A stretch of 63,959 nt of DNA, the filler included, from a bacterium (lineage in GTDB: Bacteria > JALSQH01), in NCBI GenBank assembly GCA_027004335.1. It is 11 parts of 11 records of this genome, joined end to end, with 100 filler letters (N's around TTAATTAATTAA, not from the genome) between each part and the next. Parts side by side here need not be neighbours in the genome. Positions count along the whole stretch, not along the records: positions 31,270 to 41,342 come from JALTID010000126.1; positions 41,443 to 44,814 come from JALTID010000128.1; positions 44,915 to 48,283 come from JALTID010000129.1; positions 48,384 to 58,257 come from JALTID010000131.1; 7 more parts are not named here. One strand, written 5' to 3'. Below, piece by piece: positions 40,623-50,790 of the stretch. The notes beneath the pieces were generated by a model. That model saw only the letters and a program-made list of their open reading frames with translations. It had not been told where the DNA came from and did no database searches. Both the position numbers and the translations under genes were made by a program. The stretch's first letter is position 1, and each line of letters begins with the position of its first letter.

Positions 40623-41342
40623 TTACCTCCTTTTTGTCTTCTTTATGGGTAGAGCAAACTCTCCGTTTTCTAAAAAAAGTGGAGAAGTCAGGGGAAAATC
40701 TTCCATTGAGAGTTCCCTGATCAGTTTGAATGCACGCTCCCTTTTATCTGGCAGAGGTCCTCCCGGTTTTTTCTGTATAAATGAAAATATTTTTCCTTTT
40801 ATAAATTCACCTTTCTTATCAATTGTAATTTTAACAAGTGGTGCAAGCCCCTCTTCTTTTTTAAGGCTGATCCAACCGTAGGTGCAAAAATTTCCAAGAC
40901 TGTAAAGTATCAATCTTTTTTTGTATACTTCCATTGCCCTTGGTACATGAGGGCCATGGCCGATTATTAGATCCGCTCCTGCATCAATTGCCATATGGGC
41001 AAATTTTACCACATTCCCTCTATTTTCTCCGAAAAAATACTCATCTTCATTTCTTGTATGAAGAGCGGAAAGCCCCTCTCCCCCATTATGAACTGATACG
41101 ATGATGATAGGATATTCTCTGGATAATTTTTTTATGCTTTTTGTTATCTCATCAGGGTGTAAAATACTTCCCGGTGGAGGACCAAAAGAGACAGCTATCA
41201 GTGCGATCTTAACTCCGTCTAAAGTGAAGGTTGCCACATCTCCATATTTTGTAGCGAATTGAATCTTAACCTTTTTTAAAACCCTTTCTGTGGAGAGAAG
41301 GCCGCATTCCCCGAAATCCATGGAGTGATTGTTGGCGAGAGA
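40623..41342 (-). CDS. CapA (PGA_cap) family metallophosphoesterase, 5' truncated
   Basis: LANNH.MDFG, H.G.E, IDAGAD.IIGHGPHV, YSLGNF. Confidence 0.9.
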   Translation of the reverse strand, partial: SLANNHSMDFGECGLLSTERVLKKVKIQFATKYGDVATFTLDGVKIALIAVSFGPPPGSILHPDEITKSIKKLSREYPIIIVSVHNGGEGLSALHTRNEDEYFFGENRGNVVKFAHMAIDAGADLIIGHGPHVPRAMEVYKKRLILYSLGNFCTYGWISLKKEEGLAPLVKITIDKKGEFIKGKIFSFIQKKPGGPLPDKRERAFKLIRELSMEDFPLTSPLFLENGEFALPIKKTKRR

Positions 41343-41442
41343 NNNNNNNNNNNNNNNNNNNNNNNNNNNNNNNNNNNNNNNNNNNNTTAATTAATTAANN
41401 NNNNNNNNNNNNNNNNNNNNNNNNNNNNNNNNNNNNNNNNNN
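41343..41442. other. Artificial contig linker
   Basis: N44-TTAATTAATTAA-N44. Confidence 0.99.
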
Positions 41443-41669
41443 TTCTCTATCTTTCTTTTATCAATTTTCTTACCTATTTCATTAAGATCACTGAATTTTC
41501 CCCAGAAGGATTTAACTTCCACAACTTTCACTTCTCTGCTTCGCCTTACTGCAAGATCTATCTCACCAAAATGAGAATGAAAATTCTTAGCTATTACCTC
41601 ATACCCCCTGAACTTATAGTAACTTTCTGCAAGCGATTCACCTACCCGACCTTTTTCCCTTTTGTTCAT
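41443..41669 (-). CDS. YraN family protein, 3' truncated
   Basis: G..GE..A..Y....GY.....N.....GEIDL, VEVK. Confidence 0.88.
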
Positions 41670-42289
41670 AAGCTGAAGCTCCTGCGATGATGAGGCGTTA
41701 ATCCCCTCCGAGAAATCGCTATCTTATGTTCCTTGGTGGGATAACCCTTATTTTTTCTCCATCCATACTCAGGATAAAATTTATCCAGACGGATCATTAT
41801 CCTATCTCTGATTACTTTTGCAATTATGGAGGCAGCAGCAACAGAGAAGCTTGATGAATCCCCCTTAATCACCGGCCTCTGGGAAATGGAACATTCTGAA
41901 ATCTCTCTGTTTCCGTCCACAAGAATCGCTTCTGGAAAAACTGATAGATTGTAAATCGCTCTTTTCATCGCAATAAAAGTAGCATTCAAGACATTGTATT
42001 TGTCTACTTCTACAGCACTTGCGGCACCCACACCCCATAGAATACCTGAAGAGTTAGTAAGTTTCTTAAAGATACCTTCTCTTACTCCCTCTGATAGTTT
42101 TTTTGAGTCCTCTATTTTAGTTTCCTTCACAATATCTCTATCCAGAATTATAACTGCCCCCGCTACCACCGGCCCGGCAAGAGGGCCTCTCCCCGCTTCA
42201 TCCACTCCAGCAATTACATTAAAACCACCGGCAATAAAATAATCCTCCCAGTAAAAGGATGGACCTCCATCAGAATTAAAAAGAAGCAT
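41666..42289 (-). CDS. rnhB: Ribonuclease HII
   Basis: AGVDEAGRGPLAGPVVA, DSKKL, AAASIIAKV.RD, NKGYPT. Confidence 0.96.
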   Translation of the reverse strand: MLLFNSDGGPSFYWEDYFIAGGFNVIAGVDEAGRGPLAGPVVAGAVIILDRDIVKETKIEDSKKLSEGVREGIFKKLTNSSGILWGVGAASAVEVDKYNVLNATFIAMKRAIYNLSVFPEAILVDGNREISECSISQRPVIKGDSSSFSVAAASIIAKVIRDRIMIRLDKFYPEYGWRKNKGYPTKEHKIAISRRGLTPHHRRSFSL

Positions 42290-44198
42290 CGGGTAATTCC
42301 AGCCTTATAACATTATTAGCAGCTTTTAAGACAGCCTCTTTTCTTGAAAAAAGAATAACCTGAACTTTTTCTGACACCTTTTTTAAAACCTTGAGGATCA
42401 GCATAAGTGTTTTATCATCAACTGGAGAAAATGAGTTATCAATTATAAAAGGGAGATTCCTGCTAAGAGCAACAACATCTACAATAGAAGCTAAAAGAGA
42501 AAAATAGATTATAAAAACATCCCCTTCAGAAAGCATATCCCATCTGACCTCTCTATCAGAGGGGGCAAAAAGAAAGTAAAGGGAATAATCATCTTTGATT
42601 TCGGGTTTTACAAACCTTTTAGCGCTCACAAAAGTTAAATATTTTTCAAAACGGTCCTCTATACCTGCTATAAATTGCTCCCTGGTCCTTCTTGATAGTT
42701 TCTCTCCTTTTTCTAAAATCTCTTGAATAAAAGATGGTTGTAAAGATCCCTCCCTTTCTTCAGAGGGTAAGCCACCAATTCCAAAACCTTCCTGAAATCC
42801 AGCAGTAGGTGCAACATCAGCACTCCCTCCTTCCAGACGGGCGATCTCCTGTCTTATGGTATTAATGTCCATGGTAGGCCTGCCGAGGTCCTGGAGTTCA
42901 TTATTAATCCCTTCAATTTCTTTTCTGAGTTCTTCTCTCTTCTGTTCAATTACATCATACCCGACCATTTTCTTTCTCTCTTCAATTTCCTTTTCTAAAG
43001 ATCTTTTCTTTTCAACCAATTTCCAGAATTTCTCTATCATTTTTCCAACTTCTTTTGGATCTTTCATCCCAACAGCATCGGTTAATTCTTGCAATAATGT
43101 TAACTCCTTCTTCTTCCCCTCAAGAATCTTTTTTTTCTCCAATATTTTCCTCTTTCCCTCCTCTTCTTTTTTCTTAATAGCTCCCTCCTTCTGGGAATAC
43201 ATAATCAACATTAGATACACAAGAAATGCGATTCCACCAAGGCCAAAGAAAACAAGCCAACCTGGAAGATATGTGACATTTGGAAGGAGAAATCCTAACA
43301 GAGCAATAAGAGAGCCAGAAACAAAAAGTGGATCCTTCTGATACTTTTTAAAAGATCCTCTTATCTGTGCAATTTCAGATTCAACTTCATCCTTGAACTC
43401 TTCAAATTCAGTTTTCTGATCTTCAATCTCTCTCTTTATCTCATCAATTTTCTCAAGCTTCTCTCTAAAATCAAGGGGGAAATTCTGCATCTCAGAATTT
43501 TTACTCAAAAACTGATTAATCTTATCTATCTCCTGCTGGATCTTCTCTATCTCTGAAGCTTTTTCATTTAATTCAAATTCCCTCTGTTCAAGACCTTCTA
43601 ACTTAAATTCTAATTCTTCAATTTTTTCAGCTCGTTCAAGTTCTTCCTTTAATATTTTCAGCCTTTCTTCTTTACTTCCACCCATAGGAGAAGTTACTGG
43701 AACTGCGTTATCCTCAAACCCATCAAAAGAAGAAGCAAACGAAGCCTCCTCCATTTGAGATGGGGATTTACTTTTTAAAGAAATATCTTCATGAAAAAAA
43801 AGAAGAGCCCGAAAATCACTGGGGAGAGGAAAATCCAATTCATCCACCAGAAAATCTTCTACTTCTTTCCCTTTAGCCACAGCAATAAATTTCCCTGATT
43901 TTTTCTCCTGAAGAACAATTCCAAGAGATTCTATATCTCTTATCAATTTAAAGATCCTATCATTTCTGGAAAAAACAATCCCAGCCCTTGAAGGTGAATC
44001 CTGCGGTACCCATGGCTTTAATCTCTTCTTCTCCTTCAAACAGAGTTCATCATCCAGTATAGAAAAAAAAGAATAGGCCAATGTCGTCTTTCCAGACCCG
44101 TTCCCCCCAGAAAATACATTTATCCCTTCCTTAAAAGAAAACTTCTTAGTTCCGTAAAAAGGCCCCACACTCTGAAGAAAAAAATCTCTCAGTTCCAT
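42276..44198 (-). CDS. SMC/Rad50-like (YhaN-type) ATPase with central TM hairpin
   Basis: G.NGSGKTT, coiled coils, two hydrophobic helices, LSEG signature, LPFIIDNSF...D, QVILFS. Confidence 0.75.
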   Translation of the reverse strand: MELRDFFLQSVGPFYGTKKFSFKEGINVFSGGNGSGKTTLAYSFFSILDDELCLKEKKRLKPWVPQDSPSRAGIVFSRNDRIFKLIRDIESLGIVLQEKKSGKFIAVAKGKEVEDFLVDELDFPLPSDFRALLFFHEDISLKSKSPSQMEEASFASSFDGFEDNAVPVTSPMGGSKEERLKILKEELERAEKIEELEFKLEGLEQREFELNEKASEIEKIQQEIDKINQFLSKNSEMQNFPLDFREKLEKIDEIKREIEDQKTEFEEFKDEVESEIAQIRGSFKKYQKDPLFVSGSLIALLGFLLPNVTYLPGWLVFFGLGGIAFLVYLMLIMYSQKEGAIKKKEEEGKRKILEKKKILEGKKKELTLLQELTDAVGMKDPKEVGKMIEKFWKLVEKKRSLEKEIEERKKMVGYDVIEQKREELRKEIEGINNELQDLGRPTMDINTIRQEIARLEGGSADVAPTAGFQEGFGIGGLPSEEREGSLQPSFIQEILEKGEKLSRRTREQFIAGIEDRFEKYLTFVSAKRFVKPEIKDDYSLYFLFAPSDREVRWDMLSEGDVFIIYFSLLASIVDVVALSRNLPFIIDNSFSPVDDKTLMLILKVLKKVSEKVQVILFSRKEAVLKAANNVIRLELPDASF

Positions 44199-44207
44199 TT
44201 AAACTTA

Positions 44208-44567
44208 CTAACTTTCTTTCTTCTTTACAACTCTAAGTGGCTTGATCTTTGCTGCTTTCCCCACCTTCTTCCTGAGATAGTAAAGTTTTGCTCTTCTCAC
44301 TCTCCCTCGCTGCTTGATCTCTATTTTCTCAATCAGAGGAGAATTGTAGGGAAATATCCTTTCCACTCCTATCCCGAAAGAAATTTTCCTCACCGTGAAC
44401 ATTTTTTTGGTGCCATCCCCTCTAATGGCAATTACCACTCCTTCAAAGGGTTGTACTCTTTCTTTATTCCCCTCCTTTACCCTGAAATAGACTCTAACTG
44501 TGTCGCCGGGATGTATCGCGGGAAGATCCCCTCGTGAAAATTTTTCTTCTACACCCTCAATCATCAT
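44208..44567 (-). CDS. rplS: 50S ribosomal protein L19
   Basis: [35 protein letters not shown]. Confidence 0.98.
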   Translation of the reverse strand: MMIEGVEEKFSRGDLPAIHPGDTVRVYFRVKEGNKERVQPFEGVVIAIRGDGTKKMFTVRKISFGIGVERIFPYNSPLIEKIEIKQRGRVRRAKLYYLRKKVGKAAKIKPLRVVKKKES

Positions 44568-44585
44568 TTTCTCATCTCCTTCTTC

Positions 44586-44814
44586 TCAACAATTGAAAAC
44601 CCTATCAATAACTATTGAGGCTGCTGACCTCACAGAAAGGTGATTATAATCACCCTTTCCTTTTACAGGTTGCAGAATATAATCAAAACTTTCAAGAGCT
44701 TCACTGGTCAAGCCGTAACCTGTACCAAAAATTATAACAACAATCTTCTGTTCTATCAACATTCTTCTTAGAAACTCATGAGAAACTGTTTTATATCCCA
44801 CTCTGGCAGTAGTC
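44586..44814 (-). CDS. SPOUT RNA methyltransferase (TrmD-associated type), C-terminal part
   Basis: FGTGYGL, YNHLSVRSAASI..DR; upstream of rplS. Confidence 0.85.
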
Positions 44815-44914
44815 NNNNNNNNNNNNNNNNNNNNNNNNNNNNNNNNNNNNNNNNNNNNTTAATTAATTAANNNNNNNNNNNNNNNNNNNNNNNNNNNNNN
44901 NNNNNNNNNNNNNN
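44815..44914. other. Artificial contig linker
   Basis: N44-TTAATTAATTAA-N44. Confidence 0.99.
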
Positions 44915-46315
44915 ATTTTTCCCTCCTGCGGTGACAATTATATCTTTTTTTCTGTCAGTTATAAAAAAATATCCTTCCTCATCTACCTGTCCAATATCAC
45001 CAGAATGAAACCAACCATCTTCACCTATTGCCTCTTTTGTTGCCTCAGGCTTGTTGTAATACCCCTTCATAACCATAGGTCCCTTTATCAGGACCTCACC
45101 ATCTTCAGCAATTTTTAACTGCGCCCCGGGGATGGGTTTTCCTATGGAACCATATTTTGGCCTCATGGGCGGATTAACTGTAACAATCGGGGAAGTCTCA
45201 GTAAGTCCATAGCCTTCAATTATCTTAATCCCCATAGCATAAAAAATTTCTCCCAATTCCTTTGAAAGAGGTCCACCACCTGAAGCTGTAAATTTCAATC
45301 TCCCTCCCAGTGCTTCTCTGATTTTTGCAAATACAAGTTTATCAGCAAGATTCTTCTGCATCTCAAGAAAAAATGGTGCAGGTTTATCTTCAAGATTGTA
45401 CTTCGCCCATTTTTTCCCAACATTCAGTGCCCAGTAAAATATTCTCTTCTTCAAAGTGGGCCCCTGTTCAACCTCGGAGATTATCTTATTATAAACTTTT
45501 TCAAATATCCTGGGGACAGAAGCAAACATCGTGGGTTTTATCTCCTGAATATTCTCCGGGACTTTCTGAATACTCTCCGCTATTGCCATAACCCCCTGAC
45601 CATGATATGCACTAAGATATAGATCAGCTGTTCTTCCAAAGGAGTGAGTCCATGGGAGAAAAGCAAGAAGAACCTCCTCTTCAAGCAGGACCTTAACAAC
45701 TTCATAGGTACCAACAACATCTGAAACAAAATTACGGTGGGTTAACATAACACCCTTTGGATCTCCCGTGGTTCCAGAGGTATAAATTATTGTGGCAAGA
45801 TCATCTTTATCTATTTTTTTGAGTCTTTCCTCCGCCTCTTTATGATGACCAGCCTTTTTCCCTTTTTCAATGAGATCGTAAAAACTTATTACTCCATCAC
45901 CCTCTCCTTCCACGGCAATAACATATTTTAATTTTTCAACATTACCTCTAATTTCAAAAACCTTATCAAGCTGATTTTGATCTTCACATACCACCGCCAC
46001 AGACTCTGAATCATTCAATATATACTCCACCTGGGGAGGAATATTTGTTGCATATATGGGCACATCAACACCCTGTACAGTCATAACAGCAACATCTGTC
46101 ACCATCCACTCATAGCTGTTATTGGAGAGGATTGCAACTTTGTCCCCCGCATGGATTCCAAGTTCAATTAACCCTGAGGCAAAATCCATTGCATCTGTTG
46201 CTAATTTTTTCCATGAAATCTTCTCCCATGTTCCATTTACTTTTCTCATCACAGCAGTAGCATCACTCTTCTCCCTCGCTCTGGCATAAAACATCTCTGG
46301 AACTGATGCATACAT
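44915..46315 (-). CDS. Long-chain fatty acid--CoA ligase, 3' truncated
   Basis: YTSGTTGDPKGV, EGYGLTETSP, WFHSGDIG, DRKKDIIVTAGGKN. Confidence 0.93.
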
Positions 46316-46434
46316 TCCTGCTACCTCCCGCATTTTTTAGAAAAATATTACCAATAATAGGTTTATATTTCAAGATCTTCCTGAATACCACCTTTCTGTT
46401 GGCAAAAAAGTTGAAAAAAAATAAAATGGTATTT

Positions 46435-47454
46435 ATGAAGTGGAAAAAATTATATCTTCTTCTATTAACTATTTTACCTGCTGCTTGCTCCAGAACCCCC
46501 TATGATTATCAGATTAAAGGTAAAATTTTATCAGATAGATATACACCAGCTATCACAGAAGTTACTTTATCCGTGGGTGATACTCAATCAATTTCGGCAA
46601 ATAAACTAAAAAAACCTGACTTCAAAACCACTACAAACTCCAGCGGAAATTTCATCTTTCACCTTACCAGAGATGAAGTTTATCTCAACGGAGTAGAAAG
46701 AGTCCTTGGTATTCAGAGTTCAGAAGGAGAAAAATATATCCAGATTCTTACTAGAGCTGCCGGAATCATAACAAATATTGGAACAGTAATTCTATGGGAT
46801 GCTGGTTCAAATATGGATTTTTCTAAAGACCAGATTACTATATCATGGACGCCCCTATACTCTTCGTCAGGGATCAGTCCTGATAAAACAACTTTTTTCC
46901 TCTACTGTGGTAACCCTCCCAAAAAATGCTGGGAGAAGGAAATAGAAGATACCGGGGAAATATCTCTATCTAACTCTATACCTACAACAACTCCTGTGTG
47001 TGCAAGATTCAAAGGCACAAAAGAAAAAAACAATGAGATTCTCACATACATGAGTGAATTCACCTGCGAAACTCCTCCTGAAACATATTCCTCACTTCTA
47101 ACAAATTGTACATTTTCAATAAATGGAGAAGGTGTAACTCAACTTAATGATGGAAAAATTTCTACTCAATTTACAGGTAAAAATTTTCGGAAGATTGATA
47201 TAAGCTGCCCCTCAGAAGTAACTCTCAACAAACTTTTCCTCTACAATTTTAACTGGGCAAAAGATGGTTCACCATGGAATGGTGAAGTCACCATTGGGGT
47301 AATAAACAACGGAACAGTAGCAGGCGAATGGAAAATAACAGGCAACTATTTAGAACTGGATTTTGATACCCCCCAGCTTATAAATAATTTCTCCATAGAG
47401 ATTATGGAAAATGATATATCTATTTCATCAGCATCGGAGGTAAGAGGATTTTGA
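46435..47454 (+). CDS. Uncharacterised beta-rich lipoprotein
   Basis: MKWKKL...LPAAC lipobox. Confidence 0.65.
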   Translation: MKWKKLYLLLLTILPAACSRTPYDYQIKGKILSDRYTPAITEVTLSVGDTQSISANKLKKPDFKTTTNSSGNFIFHLTRDEVYLNGVERVLGIQSSEGEKYIQILTRAAGIITNIGTVILWDAGSNMDFSKDQITISWTPLYSSSGISPDKTTFFLYCGNPPKKCWEKEIEDTGEISLSNSIPTTTPVCARFKGTKEKNNEILTYMSEFTCETPPETYSSLLTNCTFSINGEGVTQLNDGKISTQFTGKNFRKIDISCPSEVTLNKLFLYNFNWAKDGSPWNGEVTIGVINNGTVAGEWKITGNYLELDFDTPQLINNFSIEIMENDISISSASEVRGF

Positions 47455-48077
47455 AAAAGTGGGAAACTCTTGAAAATTTTTTTGCCGTTGACGACACCAC
47501 CCCGGTAAAAGAAAAGGTTCATGAATTTATCAAAAATTTTCCCCAGATCAAGTATCTAATTTTCTGCGGTGAAAAAGGCTCGGGAAAAAGTCATCTTGTC
47601 AAGTATATTTCGGATTCACTTGGGACAAAATACAAAATAAACACTGTGATCCCTGGAAGAAAATTCACCTGTGAAGGGGACCTCTTTATCTTTGATAATA
47701 TAAATTTCTTTCCGGAAGAGACGCAGGAGCAGTTAAAAGAGGTAATGAAAAAGAGAACAAACAATATGATCATAACTTACAGGGGAAGATGTGAAGATAG
47801 AATCATAGATGAACTGAGAAAACTGGGAGATGATGAGGGAGATTACTTTTATCTTCCTTCCCCCCCTTATGAAGTTAAAAAAGCTATTGTTGAAAGATTT
47901 TCTCACCTGGCAGATATACCTCTCTCAGAAGAAACCACAGAGCTTATACTTAATTCCCTTGAATGGCCACAGCCCCTGAGGATCATAGAAATGATAAAAC
48001 AGCATGGAACTCTCTCCAACGAAGAAATCAGCGAGGATGATATTCTTCTCCTTATGAGGAAATTTCAGAAGAGTTAA
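47451..48077 (+). CDS. DnaA/Hda-like AAA+ domain-only protein
   Basis: TLENF, G..GSGKSHL, IFDNI, P.YE.K.AI, IPLSEE; no DNA-binding domain IV. Confidence 0.6.
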   Translation: MKKWETLENFFAVDDTTPVKEKVHEFIKNFPQIKYLIFCGEKGSGKSHLVKYISDSLGTKYKINTVIPGRKFTCEGDLFIFDNINFFPEETQEQLKEVMKKRTNNMIITYRGRCEDRIIDELRKLGDDEGDYFYLPSPPYEVKKAIVERFSHLADIPLSEETTELILNSLEWPQPLRIIEMIKQHGTLSNEEISEDDILLLMRKFQKS

Positions 48078-48283
48078 TCTCTACCAGATGCCTTATATTA
48101 TCACATATCTTTTCAGCTTTTGAAAAAGGAATTTTCAATATATCTGCGACTCTTGCAGGATTCTCAGCCATTTCTTTAAGAGAAGAAAATCTTTCCCAGA
48201 GAAGTTTAACCCTCCGCGGACCAATCCCGGGAATTGAAAGCAATCCAGATTTTAATGTTTCCTTTCTTAGAAGTCTATTATAC
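48052..48283 (-). CDS. uvrC: UvrC C-terminal HhH fragment
   Basis: YNR.LR.....S.L..IPGIGP.R...L...F.S. Confidence 0.8.
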
Positions 48284-48383
48284 NNNNNNNNNNNNNNNNN
48301 NNNNNNNNNNNNNNNNNNNNNNNNNNNTTAATTAATTAANNNNNNNNNNNNNNNNNNNNNNNNNNNNNNNNNNNNNNNNNNNN
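48284..48383. other. Artificial contig linker
   Basis: N44-TTAATTAATTAA-N44. Confidence 0.99.
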
Positions 48384-48467
48384 TCTGAAAAAGAACTTGA
48401 GGAACTTTTTGATCACGGGTATTAAACCAGAAATATTGACTATATTTTTAAAAGAGTATTTGAATAA
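48384..48467 (+). CDS. purB: Adenylosuccinate lyase C-terminal fragment containing an in-frame TAA
   Basis: SEKELEELFDHGY*TRNIDYIFKRVFE matches PurB C-terminus; directly upstream of purC. Confidence 0.7.
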
Positions 48468-48485
48468 TAAGAAAGGAGATACAAA

Positions 48486-49196
48486 ATGGTAGAAAAAAGA
48501 GAAAAGGTGTACGAGGGTAAAGCTAAAGTAATGTTTGCCACTGATAACCCGGATTTTCTGATCCAGCACTTTACCGATAATGCGACTGCGTTCAATGGTA
48601 AGAAAAAGGGAATAATTAAAAACAAGGGGATAATCAATAATAAAATTACAGCTAAAATTTTTACCCTCCTTGAAGAAAACGGGATCCCCACGCATTTTGT
48701 GGAAGTTTTAAATGACAGAGAGATGCTCGTTAAAAAACTTGATATTGTGAAAGTTGAGTTAGTCATTAGAAATTACGCTGCTGGTTCCATTGCCAGAAGA
48801 CTGGGACTGGAAGCTGGAATTGAATTTCCCTTTCCCATTGTGGAGTATTTTTACAAAAGCGATGAATTAGATGATCCCATGATAAACGACTGGCATATAA
48901 AATATCTCAATCTTGCTACCCCTGAGGAATTAAAATACATGGTAGATGCAGCGTTGAAGGTGAATGATATTCTTAAGAAATTCTTTGATGAGAGAAACAT
49001 AAAACTTATTGATTTTAAACTTGAATTTGGCCGCCATGATGGTCAGATCCTTCTGGGAGATGAATTTGCTCCAGATGGTTCAAGATTGTGGAATAAGCCA
49101 GATGATTATGTTTTAGATAAGGATAGATTCAGAAAGGACCTTGGTTTTGTAGAAGAGGCATATGAAGAGGTTTGCAGGAGAATTTGTGGAGAGTAA
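48486..49196 (+). CDS. purC: SAICAR synthase
   Basis: YEGKAK, RNYAAGS, YK.DEL.DP, DFKLEFG, DKDRFR. Confidence 0.97.
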   Translation: MVEKREKVYEGKAKVMFATDNPDFLIQHFTDNATAFNGKKKGIIKNKGIINNKITAKIFTLLEENGIPTHFVEVLNDREMLVKKLDIVKVELVIRNYAAGSIARRLGLEAGIEFPFPIVEYFYKSDELDDPMINDWHIKYLNLATPEELKYMVDAALKVNDILKKFFDERNIKLIDFKLEFGRHDGQILLGDEFAPDGSRLWNKPDDYVLDKDRFRKDLGFVEEAYEEVCRRICGE

Positions 49197-49198
49197 GG

Positions 49199-49447
49199 AT
49201 GAGAGCAAAAATCCATGTTTATCTGAAGAAAAGCGTACTGGATCCTCAGGGGAAAACGATTCTGCAAACATTGCACAGACTGGGGTACAGCAATGTAGAA
49301 GATGTAAGACTGGGTAAGGAATTCTACATTGAGCTTGATGAAACGGATCCAGAAAAGGCAAAGTTACAATTGGAAGACATGGCTAAGAAGCTTTTAGCAA
49401 ACACAGTTATTGAAGATTTTGAGGTAGAGATAAAAGAAGAGAAATGA
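49199..49447 (+). CDS. purS: FGAM synthase subunit PurS
   Basis: VLDPQG, VRLGK, LLAN.VIE. Confidence 0.95.
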   Translation: MRAKIHVYLKKSVLDPQGKTILQTLHRLGYSNVEDVRLGKEFYIELDETDPEKAKLQLEDMAKKLLANTVIEDFEVEIKEEK

Positions 49448-50133
49448 AATTTGGAATTGTTATTTTTCCTGGCTCCAACTGTGAAAGAGATTGCTTCTAT
49501 GTTGCAAAAAATGTTGTGGAGCAGGAAGCAGTTCATCTATGGCACAAGGAGAGGGATCTCCAGAATGTGGATGTTGTGATTGTGCCTGGTGGTTTTTCCT
49601 ATGGTGATTATTTGAGGGCTGGGGGCATTGCAAGATTTTCTCCCATAATGAGCGAGATAATAAACTTTGCAGAGAAGGGTGGACTTGTTATAGGGATCTG
49701 CAACGGATTTCAAGTTCTTGTGGAGAGCGGGCTTCTTCCCGGTGCCCTTATGGTTAATAAGAATTTGAAATTTATCTGTGAGGATGTCTACCTCAGGGTG
49801 GAAAATAACAAAACACCCTTTACCAGACATTTTAAAAAAGGGGAAATTGTTAAGATGCCCATTGCCCATAAAGAGGGGAATTACTACGCCCCTCCAGATA
49901 TTGTAAAAGAATTAGAGAATAATGGAAGGGTGGTTTTTCGTTATTCAACAGAGGATGGTGAGATCACTGAAGAAGCAAATCCCAATGGATCTGTGAATAA
50001 TATTGCCGGTATCATAAATGAAAAGGGAAATGTGTTAGGGATGATGCCGCATCCTGAGAGGATGGCGGAGACAATTTTAGGTGGAGACGATGGCAGGAAA
50101 GTATTTACTTCACTTCTGGAAATGGTATCATGA
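49444..50133 (+). CDS. purQ: FGAM synthase glutaminase PurQ
   Basis: [30 protein letters not shown]. Confidence 0.97.
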   Translation: MKFGIVIFPGSNCERDCFYVAKNVVEQEAVHLWHKERDLQNVDVVIVPGGFSYGDYLRAGGIARFSPIMSEIINFAEKGGLVIGICNGFQVLVESGLLPGALMVNKNLKFICEDVYLRVENNKTPFTRHFKKGEIVKMPIAHKEGNYYAPPDIVKELENNGRVVFRYSTEDGEITEEANPNGSVNNIAGIINEKGNVLGMMPHPERMAETILGGDDGRKVFTSLLEMVS

Positions 50134-50387
50134 GCAGGGGAAAAAAGAATAAGGACATAGAAGCTATTTTTAAAAGGCTTGAGGAAATAGTTAAGGACCT
50201 CGAAGATGGTAATATCCCTCTTGATCAGGCTTTAAAGGAGTTTGAAGAAGGTGTTGCTATTGTGAGGGAAGCAGCAGAAGTTCTTGAAGAGGCGGAGAAA
50301 AAAGTTGAACTTTTGATAAAAGATAAAGAGGGAATTCTCAAAAGGGAACCCTTCAGATCTTTTACTGATCTTGATGAAGAAGAGTAA
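50130..50387 (+). CDS. xseB: Exodeoxyribonuclease VII small subunit
   Basis: LEEIV..LE.G..PL..AL..FEEG......L..AE.KV. Confidence 0.92.
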   Translation: MSRGKKNKDIEAIFKRLEEIVKDLEDGNIPLDQALKEFEEGVAIVREAAEVLEEAEKKVELLIKDKEGILKREPFRSFTDLDEEE

Positions 50388-50790
50388 ATTTATTATCTAT
50401 ACCGATGGTGCCTCCAGAGGCAATCCGGGAAAATCAGGTGTTGGCTTCGTGATCTATGATGAAAAGGGTAATACAATATTCGAGGGACACAGATACCTGG
50501 GAATAGCTACCAACAATCAGGCGGAATACACAGCTCTTCTACTGGCTCTTAAAAAGGCGCTGGAGTTAGGTGCAGAGGAATTGGAGATAAGAAGTGATTC
50601 TCAATTGTTGATAAAGCAGTTAAGGGGAGAATATAGGGTAAAAAGTCCCAATATAATAACTCTGTTCATAAAGGCTAAGTCGCTTCTTTCTAATTTCAGG
50701 AGAACAACTTTTACTCATATACCCAGAGAACAGAATAAGAGGGCTGATTCCCTTGCCAATCTTGCTATTGATTCTAAGAAGGAAAATTAA
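50371..50790 (+). CDS. Ribonuclease HI family protein
   Basis: YTDGASRGNPG, TNNQAEY, SDSQL, HIPRE.N..AD.LAN. Confidence 0.93.
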   Translation: MMKKSKFIIYTDGASRGNPGKSGVGFVIYDEKGNTIFEGHRYLGIATNNQAEYTALLLALKKALELGAEELEIRSDSQLLIKQLRGEYRVKSPNIITLFIKAKSLLSNFRRTTFTHIPREQNKRADSLANLAIDSKKEN

